Notes under the pieces: model-generated | The model's database searches: none | Seen by the model: the letters and a program-made list of their open reading frames with translations, nothing else | What the model was told of the DNA's origin: nothing | Part shown: one piece after another, positions 53,885 through 62,170 of the stretch | How the letters are laid out: each line of letters opens with the position of its first letter | How positions within the stretch are numbered: position 1 is the stretch's first letter | Program-made: the position numbers and the translations under genes | Assembly (NCBI GenBank): GCA_016297775.1 | Contig: JAEDGA010000003.1 | Span: 2,535 to 66,534 of the forward strand | Direction: 5' to 3' | Source: Candidatus Methanomethylophilaceae archaeon | GTDB lineage: Archaea > Thermoplasmatota > Thermoplasmata > Methanomassiliicoccales > Methanomethylophilaceae | DNA length: 64,000 bases

Positions 53885-55387
53885 ATGGCTGAAATATTCG
53901 ATTCACTCGCAACAACACTGGTCGACACCTTCAAGGAGGCGACCTTTGTTCTGCCCGAGCTCATCGTGCTGATTGCAGCATTGATCGCACCCTTGGTGTT
54001 CTACCTCACGAAGAACGGCAAGATCGTTGCGGCAGTCTCGTTCGCACTGATTGCGGTCTCCGCTCTGGTCACGATGCTGCTCATGCACACCGTTACCTAC
54101 GGTGTCGCAGCCTCCATGTTCGAGTTCGATGCATTCTCGTCACTGATGATGCTCCTCTTCATGGCGGTCGCGTTCCTGACCATCATGGTCTCCCCGTGCC
54201 ACGTGGAGACCACCAAGCACGCCGGAGAGTACTACGCACTCATCTGTGCGATCGTTGCAGGTATGATGTTCGCGGCATCTGCGGCCAACCTCCTCGCGAT
54301 CTTCATCTCCGTCGAGGTCGTCAGTATCTCCTCCTACGCACTGGTCGCTCTCAAGAAGAACGATCCCCGTGCGTCCGAGGCCGCAGTGAAGTACCTGATC
54401 ATCGGAGCGTTCTCCACAGCACTCACACTGTTCGGAATGTCCATGATCTTCGGAGTCACCGGAACACTCGACATCGCAGAGATTTCCGCTATCGTACCCA
54501 CCATGGCTGCCAACTGGGCATTCATCGTCGGTTGCATCGGAATGATCGCAGGTTACGGATTCAAGATCGCAGCAGTGCCGTTCCACTCCTGGGCACCCGA
54601 TGTCTATGAGGGAGCATCCACCCCTGTGTCCGGATTCCTCGCCACCGCATCCAAGAAGATGGGATTCGCAGTACTGTTCAAGATCTTCTTCGCGCTGTTC
54701 ATCATCGGCAGCACCGGAGTCTTCACTCTTGAGTTCCAGTACGTCTTCGCCATCATCGCGGCCATCACCATGACCGTCGGTAACGTCGTGGCGATCTCCC
54801 AGAGCAACATCAAGAGGATGCTCGCATACTCGAGTGTTGCACAGGCAGGATACATCATGATCGCTCTCGCTGTCATGAGCCAGTACGCCACCACCGGAGC
54901 ACTCTTCCACATGTTCACCCACGTGGTCATGAAGGGAGGAGCGTTCATCATCGTGGCCGCTCTGATCACTGCCGGACTCGGTGAGAAGATCGAGGATTAC
55001 AAGGGACTCGCAAAGAGGGCACCTCTCGTCGCAGCGGCGATGATGCTGTTCCTGTTCTCTCTTGCAGGTATCCCTCCTCTCGCAGGATTCACCTCCAAGT
55101 TCGTGCTGTTCTCCGGTGCGATCTTCGTCAACGGTGCAGTCTCCATGCAGTGGATGTGGCTCGCTCTCATCGCGGTCCTCAACTCTGCCATCTCCCTGTA
55201 CTACTACGCACGTGTAGTCAAGGCGATGTACATCGAGAAGCCTGCCTGCGAGGACAAGGTCTCCGTACCCAAGCCCTTCATGGTCGCCATCCTCCTCTGT
55301 GTGATCGGTGTCATCGTTCTCGGAGTCTACCCCGAGTACCTCATCGACCTCTGCAGCAAGGCAGCGACCGCACTCTGGCTGCTCTGA
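53885..55387 (+). CDS. nuoN: complex I-like subunit N (antiporter-like)
   Basis: 500 aa. GFKIAAVPFHSWAPDVYEGASTPVSGFL. AGGAG lies upstream. The TGA stop is followed directly by TAG. Confidence 0.95.
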   Translation: MAEIFDSLATTLVDTFKEATFVLPELIVLIAALIAPLVFYLTKNGKIVAAVSFALIAVSALVTMLLMHTVTYGVAASMFEFDAFSSLMMLLFMAVAFLTIMVSPCHVETTKHAGEYYALICAIVAGMMFAASAANLLAIFISVEVVSISSYALVALKKNDPRASEAAVKYLIIGAFSTALTLFGMSMIFGVTGTLDIAEISAIVPTMAANWAFIVGCIGMIAGYGFKIAAVPFHSWAPDVYEGASTPVSGFLATASKKMGFAVLFKIFFALFIIGSTGVFTLEFQYVFAIIAAITMTVGNVVAISQSNIKRMLAYSSVAQAGYIMIALAVMSQYATTGALFHMFTHVVMKGGAFIIVAALITAGLGEKIEDYKGLAKRAPLVAAAMMLFLFSLAGIPPLAGFTSKFVLFSGAIFVNGAVSMQWMWLALIAVLNSAISLYYYARVVKAMYIEKPACEDKVSVPKPFMVAILLCVIGVIVLGVYPEYLIDLCSKAATALWLL

Positions 55388-55416
55388 TAGAGCCCGGATA
55401 TAAACCCTTTAAACCA

Positions 55417-55430
55417 TTTCCTTTTTTATT
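55417..55430 (+). terminator. T-rich tract after nuoN
   Basis: TTTCCTTTTTTATT lies 30 nt after the last gene of the operon. Archaeal terminators are typically oligo-T. Confidence 0.45.
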
Positions 55431-55512
55431 CCATGACGGTCGGACATCGGTATGATGGCATATCGTACGGTTGGTATCCTAAGTACGTCTGGCTATTGTT
55501 TCGTCATGCCAT

Positions 55513-55535
55513 GTTTTTAAATATCTCATAGATAT
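55513..55535 (+). promoter_or_regulatory. candidate TATA box and adjacent palindrome upstream of GGPP synthase
   Basis: TTTTTAAATAT overlaps ATATCT-CAT-AGATAT (55521-55535), 10-30 nt before ATG 55545. Confidence 0.4.
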
Positions 55536-55544
55536 GCCTAACCA

Positions 55545-56504
55545 ATGGTCGACCGCTGGGCAGATGCCATAGATTCGGAATTCTCCAAGGTAGAGGAAGT
55601 CATCCTCGACGCACTCTCATCCGACAACGAGGAATTAGATGAGATGTGCAAATATGTCATCCAGTCCGGAGGTAAGAGGGTAAGGCCTGCTGTATGCATC
55701 CTCTCCTATCTCGCCTGTGGCGGGAAGGATGTGGACAGGGCCGTTAAGGTGGGCGCCGGTTTCGAGATCCTGCATTCCGCATCGCTCGTCCATGACGACA
55801 TCGATGACAACGGGATGCTCAGGCGCGGGCGTCTGACCCTCCACAAGAAATACACTCTCACGAAGGCACTGGTGGCCGGAGATTTCATGCTGGTCCGCGG
55901 ATACAGGTGTCTGTCCTCGCTTCCCGAAGAGCCCATGGACATCGTCATCAAGGCAGCCGGGATGATGGTCGAGTCCGAGTTCGTCCAGAAGGATTTCGAG
56001 CATGACCTCGACGTCACCATAGATGATTACATGGGCATCATCAAAGGAAAGACCGCCATGTTGATCACGGCAAGTGCCGCATCCGGTGCATACATAGCCA
56101 CCGACGATCAGGACTGTATCGATTCCATCGTTGAATACTCCAGCGGCATCGGTATCGCATTCCAGATCATAGACGATATCCTGGATGTCATCGGTACCGA
56201 CGGCACCGGTAAGAAAGTGGGTATAGATCTCCTCGAGGGAAAGCCCACACTCCCCATCATCTACGCGATGGAGGATCCGGTATACGGAAAGGAACTCAGG
56301 GAGATCCATTCACGTTCGGCCACGGATGCCGATGTGGCACGTGCCCTGGAATTGATCCGTATGACCGATTCGTTGGACAAGTGTTACAAGAAGGCGGAGG
56401 ATGTCGCACAGGGTGCCATCGATGCTCTCGCTCCTCTTCCCGATTCCATATACAAAGAATCTCTCATCGGGCTTGCGAAGTATATCGTACGCCGCGACAG
56501 GTGA
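55545..56504 (+). CDS. idsA: polyprenyl (geranylgeranyl) diphosphate synthase
   Basis: GGKRVRP, LHSASLVHDDIDDN (first Asp-rich motif) and FQIIDDILD (second Asp-rich motif). Confidence 0.9.
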   Translation: MVDRWADAIDSEFSKVEEVILDALSSDNEELDEMCKYVIQSGGKRVRPAVCILSYLACGGKDVDRAVKVGAGFEILHSASLVHDDIDDNGMLRRGRLTLHKKYTLTKALVAGDFMLVRGYRCLSSLPEEPMDIVIKAAGMMVESEFVQKDFEHDLDVTIDDYMGIIKGKTAMLITASAASGAYIATDDQDCIDSIVEYSSGIGIAFQIIDDILDVIGTDGTGKKVGIDLLEGKPTLPIIYAMEDPVYGKELREIHSRSATDADVARALELIRMTDSLDKCYKKAEDVAQGAIDALAPLPDSIYKESLIGLAKYIVRRDR

Positions 56505-56508
56505 TACA

Positions 56509-57609
56509 ATGACCGAGACAGTTCTCAAGACCGATATCCTCATCGTAGGTTCTGGTCCCGCAGGTTCGGTCACGGCCAAGTATGCGGCCGAGAAGGGGGC
56601 CAAGGTCACGTTCATAGAGAGGCGCAGCAACGTCGGTGTACCCGTACGTTGTGGAGAATTCGTACCTGCCACGGATCAGGTACAGAGCATGTTCCCCAAG
56701 GCCGCCGATCTGGATTCGTTGTTCGATACGATCCCCGCACACCTCCGTATGAGGGAGCTCAACGGTATCCGCCTCGTCAATCCCAAGGGAAAGGTCACCA
56801 CGCTGGATCTTCCCGGATACAGTACCGATAGGGACCGTTTCGATCAGTATCTGGCCTCCGAGGCCTGCAAGGCTGGTGCGGAACTCATCAAGAACTGCAG
56901 TTTCAGCCGTATCGAGGACGGTGTGGCCAAGACCTCACAGGGCGACATAGAGTACAAGGTGATCATCGGAGCCGACGGTCCCGGATCCCGTGTGGCACGT
57001 TCCCTGGGCCTCAGGAATAACAGGAACCCCTATCCTGCGGTCACGGCACAGGCCAAGGGAGATTTCGATCCCTATGTTGTAATGTTCTTTGGAGGCATCG
57101 CTCCCGGCGCATACAGTTGGATCATCCCCAAGGCGGGTCAGGCCAACGTCGGTGTCGGATTCTCCCCCAAGTTCGCCAACGGTTCGCTTCCGGAGTATTT
57201 CGAGAAGTTCAGGGTGAAGAACGGTTTCGACATCATCAACAAGTTGGAAGGCAAGTACGTGCCCAGCGAAGGCCCCATCGAGAACACCGTATCCGGGAAC
57301 GGGATGGTGGTCGGCGATGCGGCCGGACACGTCGTGTCCGTCAACGGCGGAGGAATCCCTCTAGCACTCATCGCGGGACGTATATGTGGTACCGTGGCGG
57401 GCGACAACGTTATGAACGGACGTTCCCTGGAGGATTATCAGACCCAGTGGCGCGATATCATGCTGAAACCCCTGAAGACCGCGGCATTCAACAAGAAGCT
57501 GGCGGACATATTCGCATTCCACTACGAATGGACGACCACCATGTGCATGGGCATCCTGGGTAAGCGCCGCATGAACAATCTGATCATGTGCAAGCGCATC
57601 TTCCCGTGA
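56509..57609 (+). CDS. geranylgeranyl reductase (digeranylgeranylglycerophospholipid reductase type)
   Basis: ILIVGSGPAGS, VPVRCGEFVP, GADGPGSRVAR and VGDAAGHVVSVNGGGI. ATG lies 4 nt after the idsA stop. Confidence 0.85.
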   Translation: MTETVLKTDILIVGSGPAGSVTAKYAAEKGAKVTFIERRSNVGVPVRCGEFVPATDQVQSMFPKAADLDSLFDTIPAHLRMRELNGIRLVNPKGKVTTLDLPGYSTDRDRFDQYLASEACKAGAELIKNCSFSRIEDGVAKTSQGDIEYKVIIGADGPGSRVARSLGLRNNRNPYPAVTAQAKGDFDPYVVMFFGGIAPGAYSWIIPKAGQANVGVGFSPKFANGSLPEYFEKFRVKNGFDIINKLEGKYVPSEGPIENTVSGNGMVVGDAAGHVVSVNGGGIPLALIAGRICGTVAGDNVMNGRSLEDYQTQWRDIMLKPLKTAAFNKKLADIFAFHYEWTTTMCMGILGKRRMNNLIMCKRIFP

Positions 57610-57610
57610 T

Positions 57611-58072
57611 TCATCTCTTGCGGAACGCCTTCATCGGGGAGCCGCAGATGGGACATTCCTGGCTGCGTTCCTTGTACCACTTCTTGCAGCCTATGCACTG
57701 GTAGTTCCACTTCTCCACTTTCTTTATACCCTTGGTACCGACCGAACGGTTCGGTATGCCCATGACAGTACATACGTTCAATATGGAAAAGTCGTCCGAG
57801 AGCACGGTACCGTCCACATCCAGCGCGAGAGCGATGACGGTCATATCCACGGGGGACAGACGTCCCAGATCTCCGGTCCTTCTGGCACATTCCTCTACCT
57901 TATGTAAGGATTCGTCGGAACAGTCCGATGTACGGAGCATATCCCCCCAAAGGTCCAGACGCGGGTCATTGTATCTTCTGAGTTCCTTCACGACTCCCGT
58001 GGGGCAGACGGAATCCTCTTCGGGAAGGTTCTCCATTGAGAACAATGCGGAACTGTCCAATACAAGGGTCAT
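57611..58072 (-). CDS. nob1: Nob1-like endonuclease (PIN domain plus C-terminal zinc ribbon)
   Basis: MTLVLDSSALF (PIN acidic start), LSPVDMTVIALA, SDDFSILNV and CIGCKKW...CPICGSP. Confidence 0.8.
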   Translation of the reverse strand: MTLVLDSSALFSMENLPEEDSVCPTGVVKELRRYNDPRLDLWGDMLRTSDCSDESLHKVEECARRTGDLGRLSPVDMTVIALALDVDGTVLSDDFSILNVCTVMGIPNRSVGTKGIKKVEKWNYQCIGCKKWYKERSQECPICGSPMKAFRKR

Positions 58073-58170
58073 GTCCGGACATCCCTATCCATATAGATAA
58101 TTGCACTGTCCACATCGCACCGGGGGATGTGCCAGAAAAATCTTTTATCGTGTTATACAATCCCGCATGC

Positions 58171-58461
58171 ATGGCAGATATCATTGTCGATGATGACGTT
58201 AGACAGATGATCCTCGATGCCAAGCAGGATTATCGTGTCTGTACCGCTTGCAGAGGTCCCGCCCTCGTACCCATCACGGTCAAACCCGCAAAACCCAGCG
58301 ATATCATCATCCCGATAGGTGACTACAAGCTCTACATCTCCATCGTCCAGTCCGAATATGTGTCCAGGGTATCCATGGACATGCTCTATTCGGAGAATGA
58401 CATATACTCCTGTCCCGCACTGTCCACACTTCGCAGCATGGGATGGATCGACAAGAAGTGA
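58171..58461 (+). CDS. small hypothetical protein (96 aa)
   Basis: ATG at 58171 is preceded by an AT-rich TTTTATCGTGTTATAC. The longer ORF from 58036 would overlap nob1. No family recognised. Confidence 0.45.
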   Translation: MADIIVDDDVRQMILDAKQDYRVCTACRGPALVPITVKPAKPSDIIIPIGDYKLYISIVQSEYVSRVSMDMLYSENDIYSCPALSTLRSMGWIDKK

Positions 58462-58466
58462 TGGTA

Positions 58467-59090
58467 TCAAACGCGGACGGCACCGTCTGCCGATTCCGCG
58501 ACCATCCTGTCGAAATCCAACTTCGACTGATTCGCCAACACCTTCTCGGTACTGGCTTCCGTGACCGGTTTCAGAGGGACCGCCTTGCATCCCCCGGTCT
58601 GTATGATGGAGAGGTCGAACGTACCGATCCTCTTCGCTATGTCTATGATCTCCTCTTTGTCGAGACCTATGAGCGGCCTTACGATGGGGTAATCCAACAT
58701 GTTCTGCTCCGCCCTTATGTTGCGGAGGGTCTGTGATGCCACCTGTCCCAGGGAATCCCCCATGATTATGCCGTCACATCCGTGATTCTCCGCGAAACGC
58801 TTGGCGACGCTCTGCATGACCCTTTTGCACATCACGCACTGGTATCCTTGGTCGCAGTTCTTCTTGATCGCAAGCTGATTGGGGCCGTGCTTTGCGATAT
58901 ACAACGGAAGCTCTTTGCCTGTGACCTCGGAGAGGCGTGCGGCGATCTTCCTGACCTTGTCGATCTCCTTCGGATCGCCGAACTCCCCGTTGTCCATGTG
59001 AAGCAACATGACATCCGCTCCCACGTGTGCCATCATGTATGCGGCCACCGGTGAATCGATACCGCCGGACAGCAGGGTCACGAATCTCAT
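58467..59090 (-). CDS. thiI: ThiI-like PP-loop ATPase domain protein lacking the THUMP / N-terminal ferredoxin-like domains
   Basis: LLSGGIDSPVAAYMM (PP-loop), CVMCKR, MGDSLGQVASQTL, RPLIGLDKEEII and TGGCKAVPLKPVT. Only about 207 aa. Start chosen at MRFVTLL, 17 nt downstream of the csl4 stop. Confidence 0.8.
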   Translation of the reverse strand: MRFVTLLSGGIDSPVAAYMMAHVGADVMLLHMDNGEFGDPKEIDKVRKIAARLSEVTGKELPLYIAKHGPNQLAIKKNCDQGYQCVMCKRVMQSVAKRFAENHGCDGIIMGDSLGQVASQTLRNIRAEQNMLDYPIVRPLIGLDKEEIIDIAKRIGTFDLSIIQTGGCKAVPLKPVTEASTEKVLANQSKLDFDRMVAESADGAVRV

Positions 59091-59107
59091 GTCCTTCACT
59101 TCCCGAT

Positions 59108-59668
59108 TCAGAAGATTACGTCCCCGTAATCGTCGGCAAGCTTCCTGGGGGAGGGTTTCTCGCACTTCTCGCAGTAGAGGCCGTTACCCTTCTTGACAAG
59201 CTCGGTCTTGCAGGTACCGCAGAGGGATCTGATGACCCCGAGGTGCGCATCCTTGGTGGAGAGCTGGAGGGACGGTGATACTCCGGTGACGATCGCTCTG
59301 ATGCGATCTCCCTTCCTGAGCTCTCTGGATACATCATCCGTGTAATCGGGGGAGATCTTGGATACGTGGATGGTAGCGTAGGTCTCTCCTCCGAGTCCTC
59401 TCTCGGTCCCCTCCTTGGCGACGACATCTGCGGTCGCCATGGTCTTCCTGATGTCTGCGACCACCGCGTATACGACGTCCCCGACCTTCAGGATGTTGGG
59501 CGGGTTGGGGGATATGACCCTTGCGGTACATTCCTCGTCATTGAGTTCGAGAGTACCGATCTGTGATGCGTAGATCTTTCCGTCCTTAGCGAACGTACCT
59601 TCGGATGCGAGGTATTCCTCCTCTACTGCGACCTCGTCTCCGGGAAAAACTTCGACTTTGTTAGACAT
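59108..59668 (-). CDS. csl4: exosome complex RNA-binding protein Csl4
   Basis: N-terminal domain, an S1-like core (GDVVYAVVADI ... ATIHVS) and C-terminal Zn ribbon CGTCKTE...CEKCEK. Confidence 0.85.
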   Translation of the reverse strand: MSNKVEVFPGDEVAVEEEYLASEGTFAKDGKIYASQIGTLELNDEECTARVISPNPPNILKVGDVVYAVVADIRKTMATADVVAKEGTERGLGGETYATIHVSKISPDYTDDVSRELRKGDRIRAIVTGVSPSLQLSTKDAHLGVIRSLCGTCKTELVKKGNGLYCEKCEKPSPRKLADDYGDVIF

Positions 59669-59675
59669 TCTATAA

Positions 59676-60269
59676 TCACCTTATGTTGATCGCCACGATA
59701 TCAACGGATTTCTTCGTCTTCGTATGGAATGAGAATGTATGAGGGATATCGTACTTATAGATTCTATGACCCACTATCGAGCGGGATGATGCTTCCGTTT
59801 CCTCTCTGAGATAGTCCAAAGTGCATGCCATGTGTATGGAATACACCGAATCCGCCATCTCCATGGCCTTTCTCAGGAACGGCCGGTCCGCATGTTTCTT
59901 CTGGGACCCGAATGGCGGGTTCATCAGGACGGTATCGCATCTTCCTTCCACTTTTGATATGTCGGATAATACGAAATCCACCTCACAACCGAGATCGGCG
60001 GCGTTCATCCTTGCGACATCTATGGCATCCGCATCGACATCATATGCTTTGACGGACGATGCCCCAAGAAGTGCCGCACCGATCGCGAAGATACCTGTCC
60101 CGCATCCGAGGTCCACCACATCCTTTCCTGCGATGTCACCGTTGGCGTAGGCCTCGAAGAGTATGTCCGTGGCTATGGACGAATTGGTGGGATATTGTTC
60201 CAATCCCACCTTGGGCTCTTTGAAGGGGGCCAGGCCCTGGAGTCTAATCTCCAGATCTTTCTTCTTCAC
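59676..60269 (-). CDS. METTL5-like class I SAM-dependent methyltransferase
   Basis: VVDLGCGTGIFAIGA and the LMNPPFG (NPPF) motif. Adjacency to csl4 is typical for this family. Confidence 0.8.
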   Translation of the reverse strand: MKKKDLEIRLQGLAPFKEPKVGLEQYPTNSSIATDILFEAYANGDIAGKDVVDLGCGTGIFAIGAALLGASSVKAYDVDADAIDVARMNAADLGCEVDFVLSDISKVEGRCDTVLMNPPFGSQKKHADRPFLRKAMEMADSVYSIHMACTLDYLREETEASSRSIVGHRIYKYDIPHTFSFHTKTKKSVDIVAINIR

Positions 60270-60314
60270 GTTTCGAACTAGATTCTACCTGTATTTAAAC
60301 AGGCGGACATACCT

Positions 60315-61445
60315 TCATTCGAAGAAGAAATGGGACGGGGACTCCGGTTTGGGCATGAAGCATTTCTCCCCTGTCCTGATCAGTTCCACGGGATAATTGC
60401 CGGATACCGTGTCGACGATGTTCCTCATGACCTCCTCCAGTTTTTTGGGAGGGGAGATGACCCTTGCGTTGAGTACGAGCCTTCCCGGGGATTTCATGAA
60501 CCTGGATCCTTCGATGCCGTCCACCTGCATCTCCTTCTGTACTAGGGACATCTTGCATGCCGCATCCTCGGATTCCAGCATGACCTTCACGTGAACGATG
60601 GAATCCGCTCCGTACTCGGCAGCCACGGCCTTCATCATATCCGTGGAGATGGAGTACATGTCCAGGTCATCGGTGGGCTTGATGTCGTACGTACCGGAAT
60701 ACCAGCCGAGCTTCGCCTTCTCGAATGCGAAACCTCTGTTGTCCTCCGCAAGCGGGGCCTTCATGCTCATCTCGTCGGAGAGGATCATGTCCACGATCTC
60801 GGAGATGTTCCTGAGATCCTTGGAGGAGGTCTCGATCATCCTGCATCCCGGGAGGATGGAATCGATCTTCGCTCTCACGGCATCTATGGTGTCGCGCCCG
60901 ACCAGGTCTGTCTTCGTGAGGATGATGATCTCGGCGTCGCGTATCTGATGTTCCGGGATCAGGTCAACGGTATCTACGGTGCGTTCCTTGTCCTTGGACA
61001 GGAATCCCAACGCCCTCACGCAGTCCACCACAACGCAGAAGGGTGCCACGCTGAACTCGTCGGGGTACATCGTCCTCATGGGCGATACGACACTGCTCAT
61101 GAGGTTGGTGGAGGAACCTATCGGTTCGGCGATGATGATGTCGGGCTTGCCGCTAGTAACCAATGTTCTGGCACTGGAAACGAACTCGTCGAAGTTCTTG
61201 CAGAAGCATCCTCCCATGATCTCCCTGGTGTCGAATCCGGCATCCTTGGAGTATTCCGTGTCAACCAGGACATCGCCCTGATCGTTGGTGATGATGGCAA
61301 CGGATTTGTCACGATCCGTTTTGAGGGTCCTTGCAAGATTGACGGCCAGTGTGGTCTTTCCCGCTCCGAGGTATCCTCCGAGCACCAGCATCCTAGTTGA
61401 CGACATGAGTTTAGAATCGAATAATCGATATTTACCTTTCACCAC
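60315..61445 (-). CDS. G3E-family P-loop GTPase (CobW/HypB/UreG-like metallochaperone) with long C-terminal region
   Basis: GGYLGAGKTT (P-loop), GGCFCKN (Cys motif), IIIAEPIG and ILTKTDL (NKxD-like). GTG start lies 7 nt after the upstream gene stop. Confidence 0.75.
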   Translation of the reverse strand: MVKGKYRLFDSKLMSSTRMLVLGGYLGAGKTTLAVNLARTLKTDRDKSVAIITNDQGDVLVDTEYSKDAGFDTREIMGGCFCKNFDEFVSSARTLVTSGKPDIIIAEPIGSSTNLMSSVVSPMRTMYPDEFSVAPFCVVVDCVRALGFLSKDKERTVDTVDLIPEHQIRDAEIIILTKTDLVGRDTIDAVRAKIDSILPGCRMIETSSKDLRNISEIVDMILSDEMSMKAPLAEDNRGFAFEKAKLGWYSGTYDIKPTDDLDMYSISTDMMKAVAAEYGADSIVHVKVMLESEDAACKMSLVQKEMQVDGIEGSRFMKSPGRLVLNARVISPPKKLEEVMRNIVDTVSGNYPVELIRTGEKCFMPKPESPSHFFFE

Positions 61446-61452
61446 TGAAGGA

Positions 61453-62073
61453 TCATTCGATGGTGATGAGATTGCGTCTCTGCATGAAAGTGCATCTCTC
61501 GCAGGGAATGGTGAGCACGCAGTTGTCCCCCACAGCGATACCTTTCAGCGCCTCGATGAATCCCCTGTCCAAAGGTCTGAGTCCGCTCCTCTTGTTCATG
61601 CTGAGGGTCTCCCTTTCGGAGTGCGTGAGGTCCTTGGGGATGATGTTCTTCTCAATCAGGGATCTGACGCAGTGTTCCGCCTCATCCACGGAGCACATGT
61701 CGCATCTGGCACCTACTTCGTCCAGGGGTCCGTAGAGCTCTGCTATCGGGTCCACGATGTATATCCTCCTGTCCTTGCCCACGCACATGTGTATGGCGTT
61801 GGGGTTGGACGGTGCGATGTATTCCATCCTGGTGCCTCTGACCTTCTCCTCCCTGACTACGGTCCAGAAGTCCCTGATATGGTTCATCAGCTGATAGACC
61901 AGCTGCTGGTACTTTATACCGAGCATGTCAGCGAGTTCCTGTTTCGTGACCGAGCGTCCGTTGTAGGCCTCCCTGTACAGTGCGGACAGGATCTCCTGTC
62001 TCATCTTATGCGAGGATATGGCGGTGTACGTATCGGGGTCCATGTACACCAGTTCCATCTTGCAGCTGCCCAT
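61453..62073 (-). CDS. winged-helix protein with Cys-rich C-terminal domain
   Basis: RQEILSALYRE...VTKQELADMLGIKYQQLVYQLMNHI is wHTH-like. The C-terminus has CDMCSVDEAEHC and CVLTIPCERC. Confidence 0.6.
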   Translation of the reverse strand: MGSCKMELVYMDPDTYTAISSHKMRQEILSALYREAYNGRSVTKQELADMLGIKYQQLVYQLMNHIRDFWTVVREEKVRGTRMEYIAPSNPNAIHMCVGKDRRIYIVDPIAELYGPLDEVGARCDMCSVDEAEHCVRSLIEKNIIPKDLTHSERETLSMNKRSGLRPLDRGFIEALKGIAVGDNCVLTIPCERCTFMQRRNLITIE

Positions 62074-62170
62074 GTATCATCAATCCTGTTCCGTCTATTT
62101 AATATCGCTCAAATATTTGAGAGGAGTATAATCCGTTGTATCTACCCTTATATCCCGTGAGAGTATACTC

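Noticed and set aside
52414-53964. 516-aa minus-strand ORF opposite nuoM
   Set aside because: Same artefact. NuoM motifs on the plus strand are unambiguous, and the antisense product has no recognisable features.
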